DNA from: Oculatellaceae cyanobacterium bins.114 | Lineage (GTDB): Bacteria; Cyanobacteriota; Cyanobacteriia; Elainellales; Elainellaceae | DNA length: 47,429 nucleotides | Reading direction: 5' to 3' | Assembly: GCA_033764315.1 (NCBI GenBank) | Contig: JANRJA010000096.1 | Coordinates: 1-47,429 of the forward strand | In this document: positions 1 through 11,564 of the stretch, piece by piece | How positions within the stretch are numbered: the stretch's first letter is position 1 | How the letters are laid out: every line of letters begins with the position of its first letter | Position numbers and translations under genes: made by a program | The notes under the pieces: generated by a model | Database searches by the model: none | What the model was told of the DNA's origin: nothing | The model's input: only the letters and a program-made list of their open reading frames with translations

Positions 1-136
1 ACGCGGCACGGATCACTTCCCGAAGCTGCTCTGATTGTTCAGACGGTTCCTTCATTGATCATGCTCAATGCCCTGCTTCCAACAATAACCCAGTTATCCC
101 CACTCCACTTAAACTCAGCAAGTTTTGCCTGAGTAG

Positions 137-379
137 TTACCCCGTTGCTTTGGAGATCGTATTGCCGTTGTTGTCATAGCCATAAGTCGTTACCACCCCT
201 GCCAAGGTTTCTGTCAGCAAACGGTCGTTGGCATCATAGGTGTAGGTCGTTGTGCCCTTAACCGAGTCAACTCGGCTCAAGCAGTTCCCCACAGTGTCAA
301 AGCTGTACTCGGTGGTGCGATTTCCTAGTCGTGCATCTGTGATTTTTTCCTGAGGCAGCCGATTGAGTGGTTTCCTGTG
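137..379 (-). pseudogene. RHS/YD-repeat protein fragment with no start codon
   Basis: Manual translation of the minus strand gives PLNRLPQEKITDARLGNRTTEYSFDTVGNCLSRVDSVKGTTTYTYDANDRLLTETLAGVVTTYGYDNNGNTISKATG*, which contains typical YD repeats. It is bounded by stops at 380-382 and 137-139 and is absent from the ORF track. Confidence 0.8.
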
Positions 380-398
380 TTAACTCAACCTATTTTGC

Positions 399-423
399 TA
401 GGGGGTTTAAGGAAGACCCCCTA
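399..423 (-). terminator. Stem-loop downstream of ktrA (possible terminator or 3' stabilising hairpin)
   Basis: Perfect 8-bp inverted repeat TAGGGGGT (399-406) / ACCCCCTA (416-423), about 30 nt past the ktrA stop. No clear U-tract follows. Confidence 0.4.
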
Positions 424-455
424 ATGCCTGGTTTTCAAATTTCTCTTCTACCCGA

Positions 456-1154
456 TTACGACACTGGCAAGCGATCGATACAGCGATTAGAGCCAATCAC
501 CACCATTACCGACCCTTTTTGCAGACGCATCACCGGATAGGGGTTGATTTCAAACTTGTCTCCCCGGCTCACGGCTAACAGGTTTAACCCATAGCGGCTC
601 CGAAGTTCTAGTTCGGCGATCGTCTTACCATCAAACTCAGCGGGAACAACGGCTTCAACAATGCTGTGGTCGGGGTCTAGCTCAAACCGTTCTAAAATGT
701 TGGGCTTTGTCAGCGATCGCGCCAGAGAGCAACCCATCTCGTGTTCTGGGAAGATCACATGATCGGCACCGACCTTCCGCAGCAATTTGTCATGGATCTC
801 AGATGAGGCTTTAGCAACCACATGAGGCACCCCTGCCTCTTTCAGGTTCATGGTGGTGATGACGCTTTCCTCGACATAGTTGCCGATCGCCACAATCACC
901 GTATCAAACTCAAATAGCCCTGCCTCTTTGAGTGCGGCGGGTTGAGTAGAGTCAAGCTGAATCGCATGAGATACCAATTGGTCGGTGAGAATCTGGGCAA
1001 CCCGTTTCTCATCAGAATCAACTCCCAAGACCTCGTATCCTAAATTGTGCAATGTTGCACAAACGGCTCGACCAAAACGCCCCAATCCAACCACGGCAAA
1101 CTGTTTATTGACAGTCCGCAAACTTCTAAAAAAGCTCAGCGAGGATAAATTCAC
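456..1154 (-). CDS. ktrA: Ktr/Trk potassium uptake system, RCK nucleotide-binding subunit
   Basis: FAVVGLGRFG Rossmann motif, TrkA_N plus TrkA_C layout, adjacent to ktrB. Confidence 0.92.
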   Translation of the reverse strand: MNLSSLSFFRSLRTVNKQFAVVGLGRFGRAVCATLHNLGYEVLGVDSDEKRVAQILTDQLVSHAIQLDSTQPAALKEAGLFEFDTVIVAIGNYVEESVITTMNLKEAGVPHVVAKASSEIHDKLLRKVGADHVIFPEHEMGCSLARSLTKPNILERFELDPDHSIVEAVVPAEFDGKTIAELELRSRYGLNLLAVSRGDKFEINPYPVMRLQKGSVMVVIGSNRCIDRLPVS

Positions 1155-1371
1155 CGATTAACTCCAAGATCACTCATTAATGTAAAGACGCTACCAACTC
1201 ACTCTCGATTGTCGTAGAAACCCTTTGACACCCCTTTGATGCTCCTTGAATCCCCATTGCAGTAGGCGTGACTTGTTAAGCTGTTGTAGACAGATTAAAT
1301 CTCTTCACCGTAGGTGTAAAATACATCACTTTTCAGCCTATCAAGATTCAGATTGATCTGGCTAATCAACC

Positions 1372-2706
1372 CTAACCTACCAACAGGTTTTCTTCTGGAA
1401 ATCGAATAGCTGTTGGACTTGGATCACCTAAAATCGCGCCCATTAGCAGCAGAACGCCTACACGTCCGATATACATTGTGGCAACAATGACGAGTTTGGC
1501 GAAGGTAGACAACCCAGCCGTAATGCCTGTAGAAAGACCAACTGTGGCAAATCCAGACATGACTTCAAATAGAATCTGAATAAAATCAATATCTGGGTCA
1601 CTAAATGTAATCAACATCGTCATGACAGAGACGGTTACCAATGACCCGACTGCCACTCCAACCGCCTTGAGAATCAGTGACACGGGCACCTGGCGATCGT
1701 AAAGAACGACTTCTTCCTTGCCCTGCAAAATTGCCTTAGTGCAACTGGTTAAAACCCCTAACGTTGTGGTTTTAATCCCTCCTGCCGTCCCTCCTGGACT
1801 ACCGCCGATAAACATCAGGACGATCATAATAAACAGCGATGGAACTGTCATTGCTCCGATATTAAGAGTATTGAATCCAGCTGTTCTAGGGACGACTGCT
1901 TGCGCCCAGGAGGTGATTAGTCTCTGACCAAAATTCATAGGGCCAAGAGTTTCGGGGTTGTTTGCCTCGGCCAGGAAGATGGCGATCGTGCCAACTACGA
2001 GGAGGATAATGGTCGTGCTGACGGCCACTTTAAAGTTGAGTGAGAACACGATTCGTTCGGTTTTGCGAGTGATGCGATCGCGCAACAACAAAAACAGCTC
2101 AAAGATGACCTCATAGCCAATTCCCCCGAAGATGATCAACCCGGTGATCACCAGATTAACCAGAATCGAAAATTGGTACCCTACCAGGTTGTCAGAGAAC
2201 AGGCTAAATCCGGCATTGTTCCAGGCACTGACGCTATGGAAGATGGAGAGCCACAGCCCCTGACTCAGCCCATGATCGCGGGCAAAGACGGGCAGTAAGA
2301 GAAACGCTCCGGTAATTTCAAAAATCAGTGTCGTCGCAACAATCGAGCGCAACACTTGAGGGCTGCCCTGCATATTAGGTCGATCTAACGCTTGTTGAAG
2401 GGCGATTTTGTCGCGCAGACCAAACCGACGTCCCAACAGCAGCAGTAAAAATGTGGTTGCTGTCATGTAACCCAATCCTCCGATTTGAACGAGGGCAACA
2501 ATAAAAAATTGCCCCACCGGAGAAAAGTGAGTTCCTGTATCCACCACAATATGACCTGTTACACAAACAGCAGACGTACTGGTAAACAACGCCACAATCA
2601 GATCATTCCAGGTGCCATCACTAGTCGAAAAGGGCATCCATAGCAACACAGTGCCGATCGCAATTACAGCCAAAAAACCTAAGCAAATCGTTCTAGAAAC
2701 CGTCAT
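1372..2706 (-). CDS. ktrB: Ktr/TrkH-family potassium uptake membrane subunit
   Basis: Multiple TM helices with pore-loop motifs SAVCVTG, NNAGF, RTAGF and TVGLS, and a GGSPGGTAGGIK loop. Confidence 0.93.
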   Translation of the reverse strand: MTVSRTICLGFLAVIAIGTVLLWMPFSTSDGTWNDLIVALFTSTSAVCVTGHIVVDTGTHFSPVGQFFIVALVQIGGLGYMTATTFLLLLLGRRFGLRDKIALQQALDRPNMQGSPQVLRSIVATTLIFEITGAFLLLPVFARDHGLSQGLWLSIFHSVSAWNNAGFSLFSDNLVGYQFSILVNLVITGLIIFGGIGYEVIFELFLLLRDRITRKTERIVFSLNFKVAVSTTIILLVVGTIAIFLAEANNPETLGPMNFGQRLITSWAQAVVPRTAGFNTLNIGAMTVPSLFIMIVLMFIGGSPGGTAGGIKTTTLGVLTSCTKAILQGKEEVVLYDRQVPVSLILKAVGVAVGSLVTVSVMTMLITFSDPDIDFIQILFEVMSGFATVGLSTGITAGLSTFAKLVIVATMYIGRVGVLLLMGAILGDPSPTAIRFPEENLLVG

Positions 2707-2875
2707 GGGGAATCAAAGGATCAAAGCCACATGCAATGACAATAGCTCAGCAAGGGAGCACTTCATTAAATCTGGCAACCCACAGGGAAATTGTCACTAT
2801 TGATTTGAACAGGGGCAGGGGGTTGAAGTAAGGGAGCAGAGGAGCGCGACCCATCCCCCATTTCTACCTCGATCA

Positions 2876-3748
2876 TCAGCCTCGATAAATTGCATCTGCG
2901 ACCTGACACACCTCTCGCATTTCTTTGACATCGTGTACCCGAACGATATCCGCAGAGTTGGCGATCGCCGCACAACAGGCTGCCGCCGTTCCCCAAACCC
3001 GTTGCTTGGGGTCAGGTTGATTGAGAATGTGTCCGATAAAGCTTTTACGCGACGCCCCCACAAGAATTGGACACCCCAAGGTGCGAAATTCTGCCAATCG
3101 CCGCAAAATTTCCAGGTTTTGAGCATAGGTTTTGGCAAAGCCGATGCCCGGATCAATGGCGATGTGGGCTTGAGGAATGCCAAGGGCAAGCGATCGCTCA
3201 ATTTGTTGTCGCAAAAAGGCCATAATCTCGCCGATTAAATCGTCATAATCGGTCAACTGTTGCATTGTCTTGGGGGTACCCCGCAGATGCATGAGGATCA
3301 CGGGAACGCTCAGTTCTGCAACAGTAGGCAACAGATCTGGATCATACGTCCCTCCAGAGATGTCGTTTACAATGTCAGCACCTGCTGCGATCGCGGCTCG
3401 TGCTACCACAGATCGGGTGGTATCTACTGAAATAGGAATGGATAGGGGTGCCTGCTCAGAGGATCCAGCTTTCAACGCCTGAATGACTGGAATCACCCGG
3501 TCAAGTTCTGCTTGCACCGATATTAAGTCTGCCTGGGGGCGAGTGGATTGTCCACCAATATCCAAAATGTCTGCCCCAGACTCAGCCAAATAGTACGCCT
3601 GTGCTATTGCAGTGTCTAAATGGTTAAATTGCCCACCATCACTGAAGCTATCAGGAGTAACATTAAGTACACCCATTACATAGGTTTGTTGCCCCCAGAG
3701 GAGCGATCGCCCCCCTTTTAATCGCCACATTGACTCCATCAATTGCAT
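2876..3748 (-). CDS. folP: Dihydropteroate synthase
   Basis: MGVLNVTPDSFSDGG, DIGGQSTRP, IDPGIGFAK, GASRKSF and RVHDV motifs. Confidence 0.96.
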   Translation of the reverse strand: MQLMESMWRLKGGRSLLWGQQTYVMGVLNVTPDSFSDGGQFNHLDTAIAQAYYLAESGADILDIGGQSTRPQADLISVQAELDRVIPVIQALKAGSSEQAPLSIPISVDTTRSVVARAAIAAGADIVNDISGGTYDPDLLPTVAELSVPVILMHLRGTPKTMQQLTDYDDLIGEIMAFLRQQIERSLALGIPQAHIAIDPGIGFAKTYAQNLEILRRLAEFRTLGCPILVGASRKSFIGHILNQPDPKQRVWGTAAACCAAIANSADIVRVHDVKEMREVCQVADAIYRG

Positions 3749-3988
3749 TAAACGCTTAAATAGATCGTAAAAATACAGAGACCCTGGGAACTATATCATT
3801 AAGCTTTTGTAATTGCCAGGTGGTGTATTGATTTAGGGTGAAACTACAGTCAACCGAGATTCTAAGTCAGTTAGAGGCAAATCTTCCGGATTGTATCTGA
3901 TAAACCGACTTCATTACATTAGGAGCAGATCTACTTAAACTTACTGAATAAGGATGTATTTCTCCCCTGAAATTGCCTGGAGATACTC

Positions 3989-6900
3989 ATGATTAAGCTC
4001 AATCTACGCAAACATACGCAGGAACAATGTAATCTCGTTGCCCTGTTGCTGATTTTTATCCTGCCGTTTGTCGTAGTGGTCTATCAACTGATTTCAGAAA
4101 TTCATCTGCGGATTGATTTTGCTCAGTCCGAGCAGTATGGCACGGCTTATCTGCGCCCCTTAGAACAGGTGCTATTAGATCTGCCTGAAAGTCAGTTGTT
4201 GGCTCATCGTTACCTCAGTCGGGGAGTCTCTCAAACCGAATGGGTGGAGCAACAGACTCAGATTGATGCTGATTTAGCTGCCCTGACCACCATTGCCCAA
4301 ACTCTAGAAACTGAATTAGACACCACTGCATCGATCACAGCTCTGCACCAAAGCTGGCAGCACCTCAAACAACAGTTAGTTGTAGCAAAGCCCAATTCAG
4401 ACGATGACGCCCAGATCCAACAGCTTTATCACGCCATCACAATTGAGATTCGGGGTTTGATGTCGCACGTCGGCGATCGCTTCAAGCTGATCTTAGACCC
4501 CAATCTAGATAGTTATTACTTGATGGATGCAGTGCTCTTGAAACTGCCAGAGGCGCAAGATTTGCTGGCACAACTGCGGCTGTTAGGAGAAGATGTTGTC
4601 AATCGCCAAAGCTTAACGCCTGAGCGCAAAGGCAAACTCACGGTGTTGATGGGGTTGCTCACGACCACAATGGACGCTTTGGCAAAAAATATGGCCGTTG
4701 CCTATCAACACAACACGGCCCAAACCCTGCAAGCCAATTTAGACCCCTCGGTCAAGGTCTCAGTCACCGCAACCGCCGATTTTATTAGGGTGCTCAATGA
4801 AGCGATCGCCCAATCTAAAACCGTGCAGGTGCAGCCAATTGCCTATGACCCCGTGGTATATGAACGAGTGGCGATCGCGGCTCTCGACACGAGCCACACC
4901 CTATGGCAACAAACGGTTGACCAACTCGATCAGCTATTAGAACAGCGGATTCAGCGATCGACTCAAAAGATTAACGGGATCGGAATAGTTTCACTCCTGG
5001 TCTTGATTGCAGCAATCTATAGTTTTATTCTCTTTAGTCGCAATCTATCAGACCGTGGACGGGCTGCACTGCGGCTCAGTGCTCAACATGCGACAACCCG
5101 TGTTTTGGCTGAGTCTTCAACCCTAAACGAAGCAACACCTCGAATTTTGCAAGCCATTTGTGAGAGTTTGCAGTGGGATGTTGGAGAACTGTGGATTCTC
5201 GATCCTGACACTAATGTGTTGCAGATTGTAGAGCGGTGGCATCAGCCCTCGATCAATACCCTTGAGTTAGAGATGGTTAGCAACCAACTCTCTTTTGCCT
5301 GCGGAATTGGCATGGCAGGGCAAGTCTGGCAACAAGCAAAACCTATTTGGATTGCAGATATTACGAAAGATGCAACATTTGTTCGTAGTACTAGTAAAGA
5401 TCCGTTAGAGTTGCGGGCTGCCTGTGGGTTTCCCATTCTCAACAATGATGAAGTCTTGGGGGTGATGTCCTTTTTTAGTTGCACTCCTCAAGCATCGGAT
5501 GAAGACCTACTCACAATGGTGATCACCATTGGCAATCAAATTGGTCAATTTATCAAAACTCGGCAGGCAGAGACAGCCTTGCGCCAGACCGAAGAGATGC
5601 AGAGCATTGCGCTGACGGCTGCCCATATGGGGGCGTGGGAGTGGAATTTAGTCACGGGCAAAGAGCAGTGGTCTCAAGAAACTGAAGGATTGTTTGGAAT
5701 GACCCCTGGCAGTTTTCAGGGAAGTTATGAAGATTTCTTAGAGTATGTCCATCCAGACGATCGCCCAGTGATTTTGCAGGCACAGCGACGCGCTATCACC
5801 GAAGGAGGCAGTTACAAGCCAGAATATCGAATTACTTGCAAAGATGGCACGCAACGGTGGCTCAGCAGTTGGGGTGAGCTCATTCGAGATGAGTCAGGCA
5901 ATCCTCTGCGGATGAGTGGCGTCGTCATGGACATCACCGATCGCAAGCAAGCTGAGCTAGCTCTGGCAGAAAGCGAACGGCGATTGCGACAACAAAGTCA
6001 GGCGTTAGCAAATCTGGCCCAAAACAAGGCGTTGTCATCTGGAGACCTAGAGGTGGCGTGTAAGACCATTACCGAAGCGGTTGCCGAGTCTCTTGAGGTC
6101 GAACGGGTTAGCATTTGGCTCTATGACAGCGATCGCACCATTCTTCGCTGTGTTGATCTCTATGAACGGGCAACCAATATCCATTCCGCCGAAGAAGAAT
6201 TAGTCGCCTCTGACTATCCGATCTATTTCCAGGAACTTGCCACCACTCGGGTGATTGCGGCTCACGAGGCGCAAACCGACTATCGCATGCAGGAATTTCG
6301 CGATCACTACCTGATCCCGCTTAACATCACCTCCAGCCTTGATGCCCCTATTCGAGTGGCAGGAGAAATTGTCGGGATTGTCTGCCACGAATATGTCAAC
6401 ACCCCCCACCACTGGAGCATGACCGAGCGGAACTTTGCAGGCTCAGTCGCTGACTTTGTTGCTCTGGCACTCGAAAGCTCTGAACACAAACGCACTGAAG
6501 AAGCGTTGCGACAAGCCGAAGAAAAATATCGCAGCATCTTTGAAAATTCGGTGACAGGCATTTTTCAGACAACCCCCGATGGTTGCTATATCAGTGCCAA
6601 CCCCGCTCTCGCCTATATCTATGGCTATCACTCGCCCACTGAGTTGATCGCCAATCTGACCAATGTTGGCTGTCAATTATATGTAGATTGCGATCGCCGT
6701 CAAGAATTTATTGAGTTGGTGGCCGAGCAGGGCAGAGTCTCCGAATTTGAATCGCAGATTTATCGACAAGACGGCAGCATTATCTGGATTTCTGAGAATG
6801 CTTTAGCCGTTTATGACAGCAATGAGCAGTTGTTGTATTACGAAGGCACCGTCGAAGATATCACCGAGCGCAAGCATGCTGAAGATGCCCTTGAACGGCA

Positions 6901-9283
6901 ACTAGCGGCGGTCGAAGCCGCCAACGATGGCATCGCTATCTTAAGAAATGAAACCTACATCTATCTCAACACGGCTTACTCTGAGTTGTTTGGCTATAAC
7001 CATCCGGCTGAGCTGATTGGCAAAACCTGGCGCGATCTGTATTTCCCAGATGAGGTTAAACGGTTTGAGCAAGAAGTCTTTCCTATCTTGAGAGAGCAAG
7101 GGAAATGGCGCGGCGAAGGGATCGGTAAACGCAAAGATGGCTCAACGTTTGCTCAGGAAGTCTCACTCACCTTAGTAGAAGGAGGAGAGTTAGTTAGTGT
7201 CTGTCAAGATATCAGCGAACGCAAACAAGCAGAAGAGATCTTGCGCGAACGTGAAGAAAGATTTCGATCGCTAGTGAACAACATTCCGGGTGCAGTCTAT
7301 CGCTGTGCCCATGATGCCAGTTGGACGATGGAGTTTTTGAGTGAGGCGATCGAAGAAATTGTTGGATATCCAGCCTCTTACTTTACTCAGCGACGCATCC
7401 TCAGCTTTGCCAGTTTGATTCACGCTGAAGATGTCATTCGGATTGGCGGTGAAATCAACCGAGCACTAGCAGAACACCGCCCCTACATTATTGAATATCG
7501 GGTGGTGCGAGCGGATGGCACTATTCATTGGGTCTATGAAAAAGGGCAGGGTGTCTTTAACGATGAGGGTGAAGTGCTATGGCTAGATGGGGTGATCTTT
7601 GACATTAGCGATCGCAAACGCACCGAAGAAGAACTGCAACAAGCCAAAGAAACGGCTGAGGAAGCCAACCGGGCTAAGAGCCAGTTTCTCGCCAACATGA
7701 GCCACGAATTGCGGACTCCCCTCAATGCCATCATTGGCTATAGCGAGATGTTACAAGAAGATGCAGATGATGCAGGCTATGCAGACATCACCCCCGACCT
7801 TGAAAAGATTCGAGGAGCCGGAAAGCACCTACTAGCCCTGATCAATGACATCCTCGATATCTCCAAGATCGAGGCAGGCAAAATGGATCTCTATCTTGAA
7901 ACCTTTCAGGTGGCAGATCTGGTTGCCGAAGTCGAACATACCATTCGTCCATTAGTCGAGAAAAACAACAATCGTCTCATGGTTCATTACCCTGACTCGA
8001 TTGGCATCATGCATGCTGACCTGACCAAAGTTCGTCAGGCACTCTTAAATCTCCTGAGCAACGCTGCCAAATTTACTGAACATGGCACGATTACCCTGAC
8101 CATCGAACACACCACTCAGGGGTTGGATGCAGTCCCTCAAACCCAAACCAATGGGGCAGCCACCCCCATTGACTCGTCTAGACCGTGGATTACCTTTCGA
8201 GTCACTGACACGGGCATTGGCATGACCTTAGAGCAGATGCAAAAGGTGTTTCAGGCGTTTACTCAAGCGGATGCCTCCACCACCCGAAAGTATGGTGGCA
8301 CCGGACTAGGGTTAGCCATTAGTCGGCGGTTTTGCCAAATGATGGGCGGTGACATCTTGGTCAGCAGCACTGTGAATGAAGGATCAACCTTTACGATTCA
8401 CCTGCCGATGGAATTGGTCGATCGCCCTGTAGTAACGTCACCGTCTACAACGTCGATGGAAGACAACCTCCCCGATCTCTCGACCGATGTCTTATATGGC
8501 ACGGTGTTAGTGATTGACGATGACCCCTCGGTGCGTGAGTTGGTGGCACACTACCTGACCAAAGAAGGGTTTTATGTTGAGACCGCTGGCACTGGAGAAG
8601 AAGGCTTAGAGCTGGCTCGGAGCTTACGCCCGATCGCCATCACCCTGGATGTCTTGATTCCCAATATCAACGGGTGGGCAGTGCTGTCTGCGCTCAAAGC
8701 TGATCCTGAGTTAGCGGATATTCCAGTGGTGGTGATGACCATTGTGGATGACAAAGATCGAGGGTTTGCCTTGGGTGCCTCTGACTACCTGACGAAACCG
8801 ATTGATTACAAACGGCTTGCCAAACTGCTGCGCAACTATCGCCCTGAGGCAACCGATCATCGGACTGATTCCATTGGACAAGTGTTGATTGTGGAAGATG
8901 ATGACGCGACTCGCGACATGTTCCGACGCATTTTAGAAAAAGAAGGGTGGATTGTTTTAGAAGCCGAGAATGGTCAAATTGGGTTAGATCAAGTTGCCAG
9001 CCATCATCCTGATCTGATCTTGTTAGATTTAATGATGCCCAAGATGGATGGGTTTGAATTTATTAGCGTGCTGCGTCAAACACCACAGTGGCGATCGCTC
9101 CCCATTATTGTGGTGACCGCAATGGATTTAACACCAGCAGACTATCTGCATCTCAATGGCTATGTTGAGCAAATTTTGCAAAAGGGTGCCTACAATCGCG
9201 ATGACTTACTGCAAGAAGTTCGTGATCTCGTCTTAACTTGCATTCGCCATCAACAAACCCGGTTGAAGGAGGCATCGCCATGA
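3989..9283 (+). CDS. Membrane hybrid histidine kinase (TM-helical sensor-TM-GAF-PAS-GAF-PAS-PAS-PAS-HisKA-HATPase-REC-REC)
   Basis: Two TM segments; PAS ends [30 protein letters not shown] and [11 protein letters not shown]-box [17 protein letters not shown]-boxes DTGIG and GGTGLGL; two receivers (VIDDD..ITLD..KP and IVEDD..LLLD). Confidence 0.93.
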   Translation: MIKLNLRKHTQEQCNLVALLLIFILPFVVVVYQLISEIHLRIDFAQSEQYGTAYLRPLEQVLLDLPESQLLAHRYLSRGVSQTEWVEQQTQIDADLAALTTIAQTLETELDTTASITALHQSWQHLKQQLVVAKPNSDDDAQIQQLYHAITIEIRGLMSHVGDRFKLILDPNLDSYYLMDAVLLKLPEAQDLLAQLRLLGEDVVNRQSLTPERKGKLTVLMGLLTTTMDALAKNMAVAYQHNTAQTLQANLDPSVKVSVTATADFIRVLNEAIAQSKTVQVQPIAYDPVVYERVAIAALDTSHTLWQQTVDQLDQLLEQRIQRSTQKINGIGIVSLLVLIAAIYSFILFSRNLSDRGRAALRLSAQHATTRVLAESSTLNEATPRILQAICESLQWDVGELWILDPDTNVLQIVERWHQPSINTLELEMVSNQLSFACGIGMAGQVWQQAKPIWIADITKDATFVRSTSKDPLELRAACGFPILNNDEVLGVMSFFSCTPQASDEDLLTMVITIGNQIGQFIKTRQAETALRQTEEMQSIALTAAHMGAWEWNLVTGKEQWSQETEGLFGMTPGSFQGSYEDFLEYVHPDDRPVILQAQRRAITEGGSYKPEYRITCKDGTQRWLSSWGELIRDESGNPLRMSGVVMDITDRKQAELALAESERRLRQQSQALANLAQNKALSSGDLEVACKTITEAVAESLEVERVSIWLYDSDRTILRCVDLYERATNIHSAEEELVASDYPIYFQELATTRVIAAHEAQTDYRMQEFRDHYLIPLNITSSLDAPIRVAGEIVGIVCHEYVNTPHHWSMTERNFAGSVADFVALALESSEHKRTEEALRQAEEKYRSIFENSVTGIFQTTPDGCYISANPALAYIYGYHSPTELIANLTNVGCQLYVDCDRRQEFIELVAEQGRVSEFESQIYRQDGSIIWISENALAVYDSNEQLLYYEGTVEDITERKHAEDALERQLAAVEAANDGIAILRNETYIYLNTAYSELFGYNHPAELIGKTWRDLYFPDEVKRFEQEVFPILREQGKWRGEGIGKRKDGSTFAQEVSLTLVEGGELVSVCQDISERKQAEEILREREERFRSLVNNIPGAVYRCAHDASWTMEFLSEAIEEIVGYPASYFTQRRILSFASLIHAEDVIRIGGEINRALAEHRPYIIEYRVVRADGTIHWVYEKGQGVFNDEGEVLWLDGVIFDISDRKRTEEELQQAKETAEEANRAKSQFLANMSHELRTPLNAIIGYSEMLQEDADDAGYADITPDLEKIRGAGKHLLALINDILDISKIEAGKMDLYLETFQVADLVAEVEHTIRPLVEKNNNRLMVHYPDSIGIMHADLTKVRQALLNLLSNAAKFTEHGTITLTIEHTTQGLDAVPQTQTNGAATPIDSSRPWITFRVTDTGIGMTLEQMQKVFQAFTQADASTTRKYGGTGLGLAISRRFCQMMGGDILVSSTVNEGSTFTIHLPMELVDRPVVTSPSTTSMEDNLPDLSTDVLYGTVLVIDDDPSVRELVAHYLTKEGFYVETAGTGEEGLELARSLRPIAITLDVLIPNINGWAVLSALKADPELADIPVVVMTIVDDKDRGFALGASDYLTKPIDYKRLAKLLRNYRPEATDHRTDSIGQVLIVEDDDATRDMFRRILEKEGWIVLEAENGQIGLDQVASHHPDLILLDLMMPKMDGFEFISVLRQTPQWRSLPIIVVTAMDLTPADYLHLNGYVEQILQKGAYNRDDLLQEVRDLVLTCIRHQQTRLKEASP

Positions 9284-11454
9284 CCGATCATCGAGGAGCC
9301 GTACTCGTTGTAGATGATGAGCTTTCCACACGCTTATATGTCTCTCGTCAGTTAGAACAACAACACTATGTGGTAAGTCTCGCCGAAAACGGGACTCAAG
9401 CGATGGAACTCGTTCAATCTCAGGTATTTGATCTGATTTTGTTAGACATCATCATGCCTGAGATGAATGGCTATCGCGTCTTAGAACAACTCAAATCAAG
9501 CTCGTCTCACCGTAATATTCCGGTGATCATGATTTCGTCTGCCGATGACTTAGAGGGTGTGGTGCGATGCATTCAGCTAGGCGCAGAAGATTACTTGTTT
9601 AAACCCCTCAATCCGATTCTCTTAAAAGCACGCGTGGGTGCTTGTTTAGAGCGCAAATGGCTGCGCGATCAAGAACAAGCCTATTTGAAACAACTGCAAA
9701 TTGAGAAGGAGTTAGCAGAGTCGGCCAACCGAGCCAAAAGTGCCTTTTTAGCCAACATGAGTCACGAATTGCGAACTCCGTTGAACGCCATCATTGGCTA
9801 CAGCGAAATGTTGCAAGAGGACATGCAAGCCGAAGGATATATTGAATTAATTCCTGATTTAGACAAGATTTGTAGTTCTGGAAGACGGCTGCTGGAGATG
9901 ATTAACGATATTCTCGATATCTCCAAGATTGAAGCAGGCAAGATTGAGATCTATGCAGAGACCTTTGAAGTTCAGCCCTTGATCGATCAGTTAGTCAGTG
10001 GCCTACAACCGCAGATTCAAGCTAATAACAACACATTGCAGGTCAATTGCCCTGTGGATGTGGGCACGATGAAAGCGGATCTGGGCAAAGTGCGGCAGAT
10101 TTTGTGGAATCTGTTGAGCAACGCGGCTAAATTTACGCAAAACGGAACGATCGCCCTGAGTGTGGAGCGGCAAGTCGTCCCTGATCGACCCTTTGAGAAT
10201 GATTTAGAACCAGAAGATTTAGAACCAGAAGCCTTCACTTCAGAGGCGACGCCTATGCCTGCGACGCCTAATTCCTGGATGATCTTTCGGGTCACAGACA
10301 CGGGCATCGGCATCTCCTCTGAGCAACAGAGAACGATCTTTCAAGCCTTTACCCAAGGCGACACTTCATCCACTCGTCGCTATGAGGGCACGGGTCTGGG
10401 GTTGGCCATCAGTCAGCGGTTGTGTGCTCTGTTGGGAGGCACGATCGCGGTTGAAAGCACCTTAGATCAAGGGTCTACATTTATCGTGCGGTTGCCGATC
10501 AACTCAGCTCATGAGCGATCGCCTACCGGGCTGGCGGTGACGCCAGAGCCATCACCAGAGTCAGTAGATGCAGCTCACAACAGCGGTGTGTTTTCGGTGG
10601 CAAAGGGGTCAGATCTGGTGTTGGTGATCGATGACGATCGCGTTATTCGAGATCTCTTGGTGCAAACCTTTAATCGTCGTGGGCTGCGGGTTGTCACCAC
10701 CTGGTGTGGTCGAGAGGGACTGCGATTGGCAGGAGAATTGTCTCCTGATTTGATTGTGGTAGATGTCTTAATGCCCGATCGCGATAGCTGGGCAGTGCTG
10801 TCTGCGCTCAAGCGCGATCGCCGTTTGATGGATATCCCGGTGCTGATGATGGCGTTATCAGGAGAAAGCCCTGCGTCGTCTCCACCAGGCGAGTACCCCG
10901 TTGGAGGAATGGCTTCACATCGTGGCTTTCTCTTAGGGCTGTGTGAATCTCTCACGACCCCCGATGATTTTCGTCGTCTCAGTCTTTTGTTACAGCAGCA
11001 AGACCAGAGATCTCAAACTCGACATCTGCTGTCTGTGCAAACTGACTCAATGGCACAGCAAATGTTGCAACGCTTGTTATACAAAGCAGGCTGGAGGGTG
11101 ACAACGATTGACACGGCTGAGGCGGCTCTGACCTGTCTGCAAGACCAACTCCCTGACTTGCTGCTGCTCGACCTGACCCTACCAAAGGGGGGAGCCTTTC
11201 AACTGGTCAACCACCTGAGCGGTCATCCTCAATGGCGATCGCTACCATTGATCAGCATTCTCCCCAACAATTTCAGCGTTGCCAACCATCCCCACCTCAA
11301 CTACTGGGCAGAGCAACTGTTGCATGAGAGCCAGTCCATTGGCACTGACCTGATCGATCAACTGTGTATGCTGTTGCCCCATTTCCCCATCAACCTGTCC
11401 TCTCCCTCCTTTATGAAAAGGAGGCGTGATGTCCCTCCTCATCCTCAACTCTGA
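9280..11454 (+). CDS. Cytoplasmic hybrid histidine kinase (REC-HisKA-HATPase plus two degenerate receivers)
   Basis: Start moved to ATG 9280, which follows an AAGGAGG RBS and makes an ATGA overlap with the upstream stop. N-terminal REC VLVVDD..LLD..FKP and H-box SHELRTPLN. The C-terminal receivers lack the conserved Lys. Confidence 0.88.
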   Translation: MTDHRGAVLVVDDELSTRLYVSRQLEQQHYVVSLAENGTQAMELVQSQVFDLILLDIIMPEMNGYRVLEQLKSSSSHRNIPVIMISSADDLEGVVRCIQLGAEDYLFKPLNPILLKARVGACLERKWLRDQEQAYLKQLQIEKELAESANRAKSAFLANMSHELRTPLNAIIGYSEMLQEDMQAEGYIELIPDLDKICSSGRRLLEMINDILDISKIEAGKIEIYAETFEVQPLIDQLVSGLQPQIQANNNTLQVNCPVDVGTMKADLGKVRQILWNLLSNAAKFTQNGTIALSVERQVVPDRPFENDLEPEDLEPEAFTSEATPMPATPNSWMIFRVTDTGIGISSEQQRTIFQAFTQGDTSSTRRYEGTGLGLAISQRLCALLGGTIAVESTLDQGSTFIVRLPINSAHERSPTGLAVTPEPSPESVDAAHNSGVFSVAKGSDLVLVIDDDRVIRDLLVQTFNRRGLRVVTTWCGREGLRLAGELSPDLIVVDVLMPDRDSWAVLSALKRDRRLMDIPVLMMALSGESPASSPPGEYPVGGMASHRGFLLGLCESLTTPDDFRRLSLLLQQQDQRSQTRHLLSVQTDSMAQQMLQRLLYKAGWRVTTIDTAEAALTCLQDQLPDLLLLDLTLPKGGAFQLVNHLSGHPQWRSLPLISILPNNFSVANHPHLNYWAEQLLHESQSIGTDLIDQLCMLLPHFPINLSSPSFMKRRRDVPPHPQL

Positions 11455-11564
11455 TCGGTTTTGGCTGAAACCCTGACTCATCTCATCCTCCCCTTAAATC
11501 CAGCCGCTATAGTGCCTCAGTTTAGTTACATCTTGCCGTATTCGTTTCACTCCTTTGTCTAGCC

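Noticed and set aside
1-55. Possible minus-strand gene start (MKEPSEQSEQLREVIRAA)
   Set aside because: Only 18 codons are visible at the window edge, so it cannot be supported.
2707-2875. c-di-AMP riboswitch or ktrE upstream of ktrB
   Set aside because: The spacer is short and I could not recognise a riboswitch consensus or a credible ORF. An Rfam scan would be needed.
5080-6480. GAF domains as cyanobacteriochrome or phytochrome photosensors
   Set aside because: I saw no DxCF or DIP bilin-pocket motif in either GAF.
5590-7620. PAS domains as LOV sensors
   Set aside because: No NCRFLQ motif.
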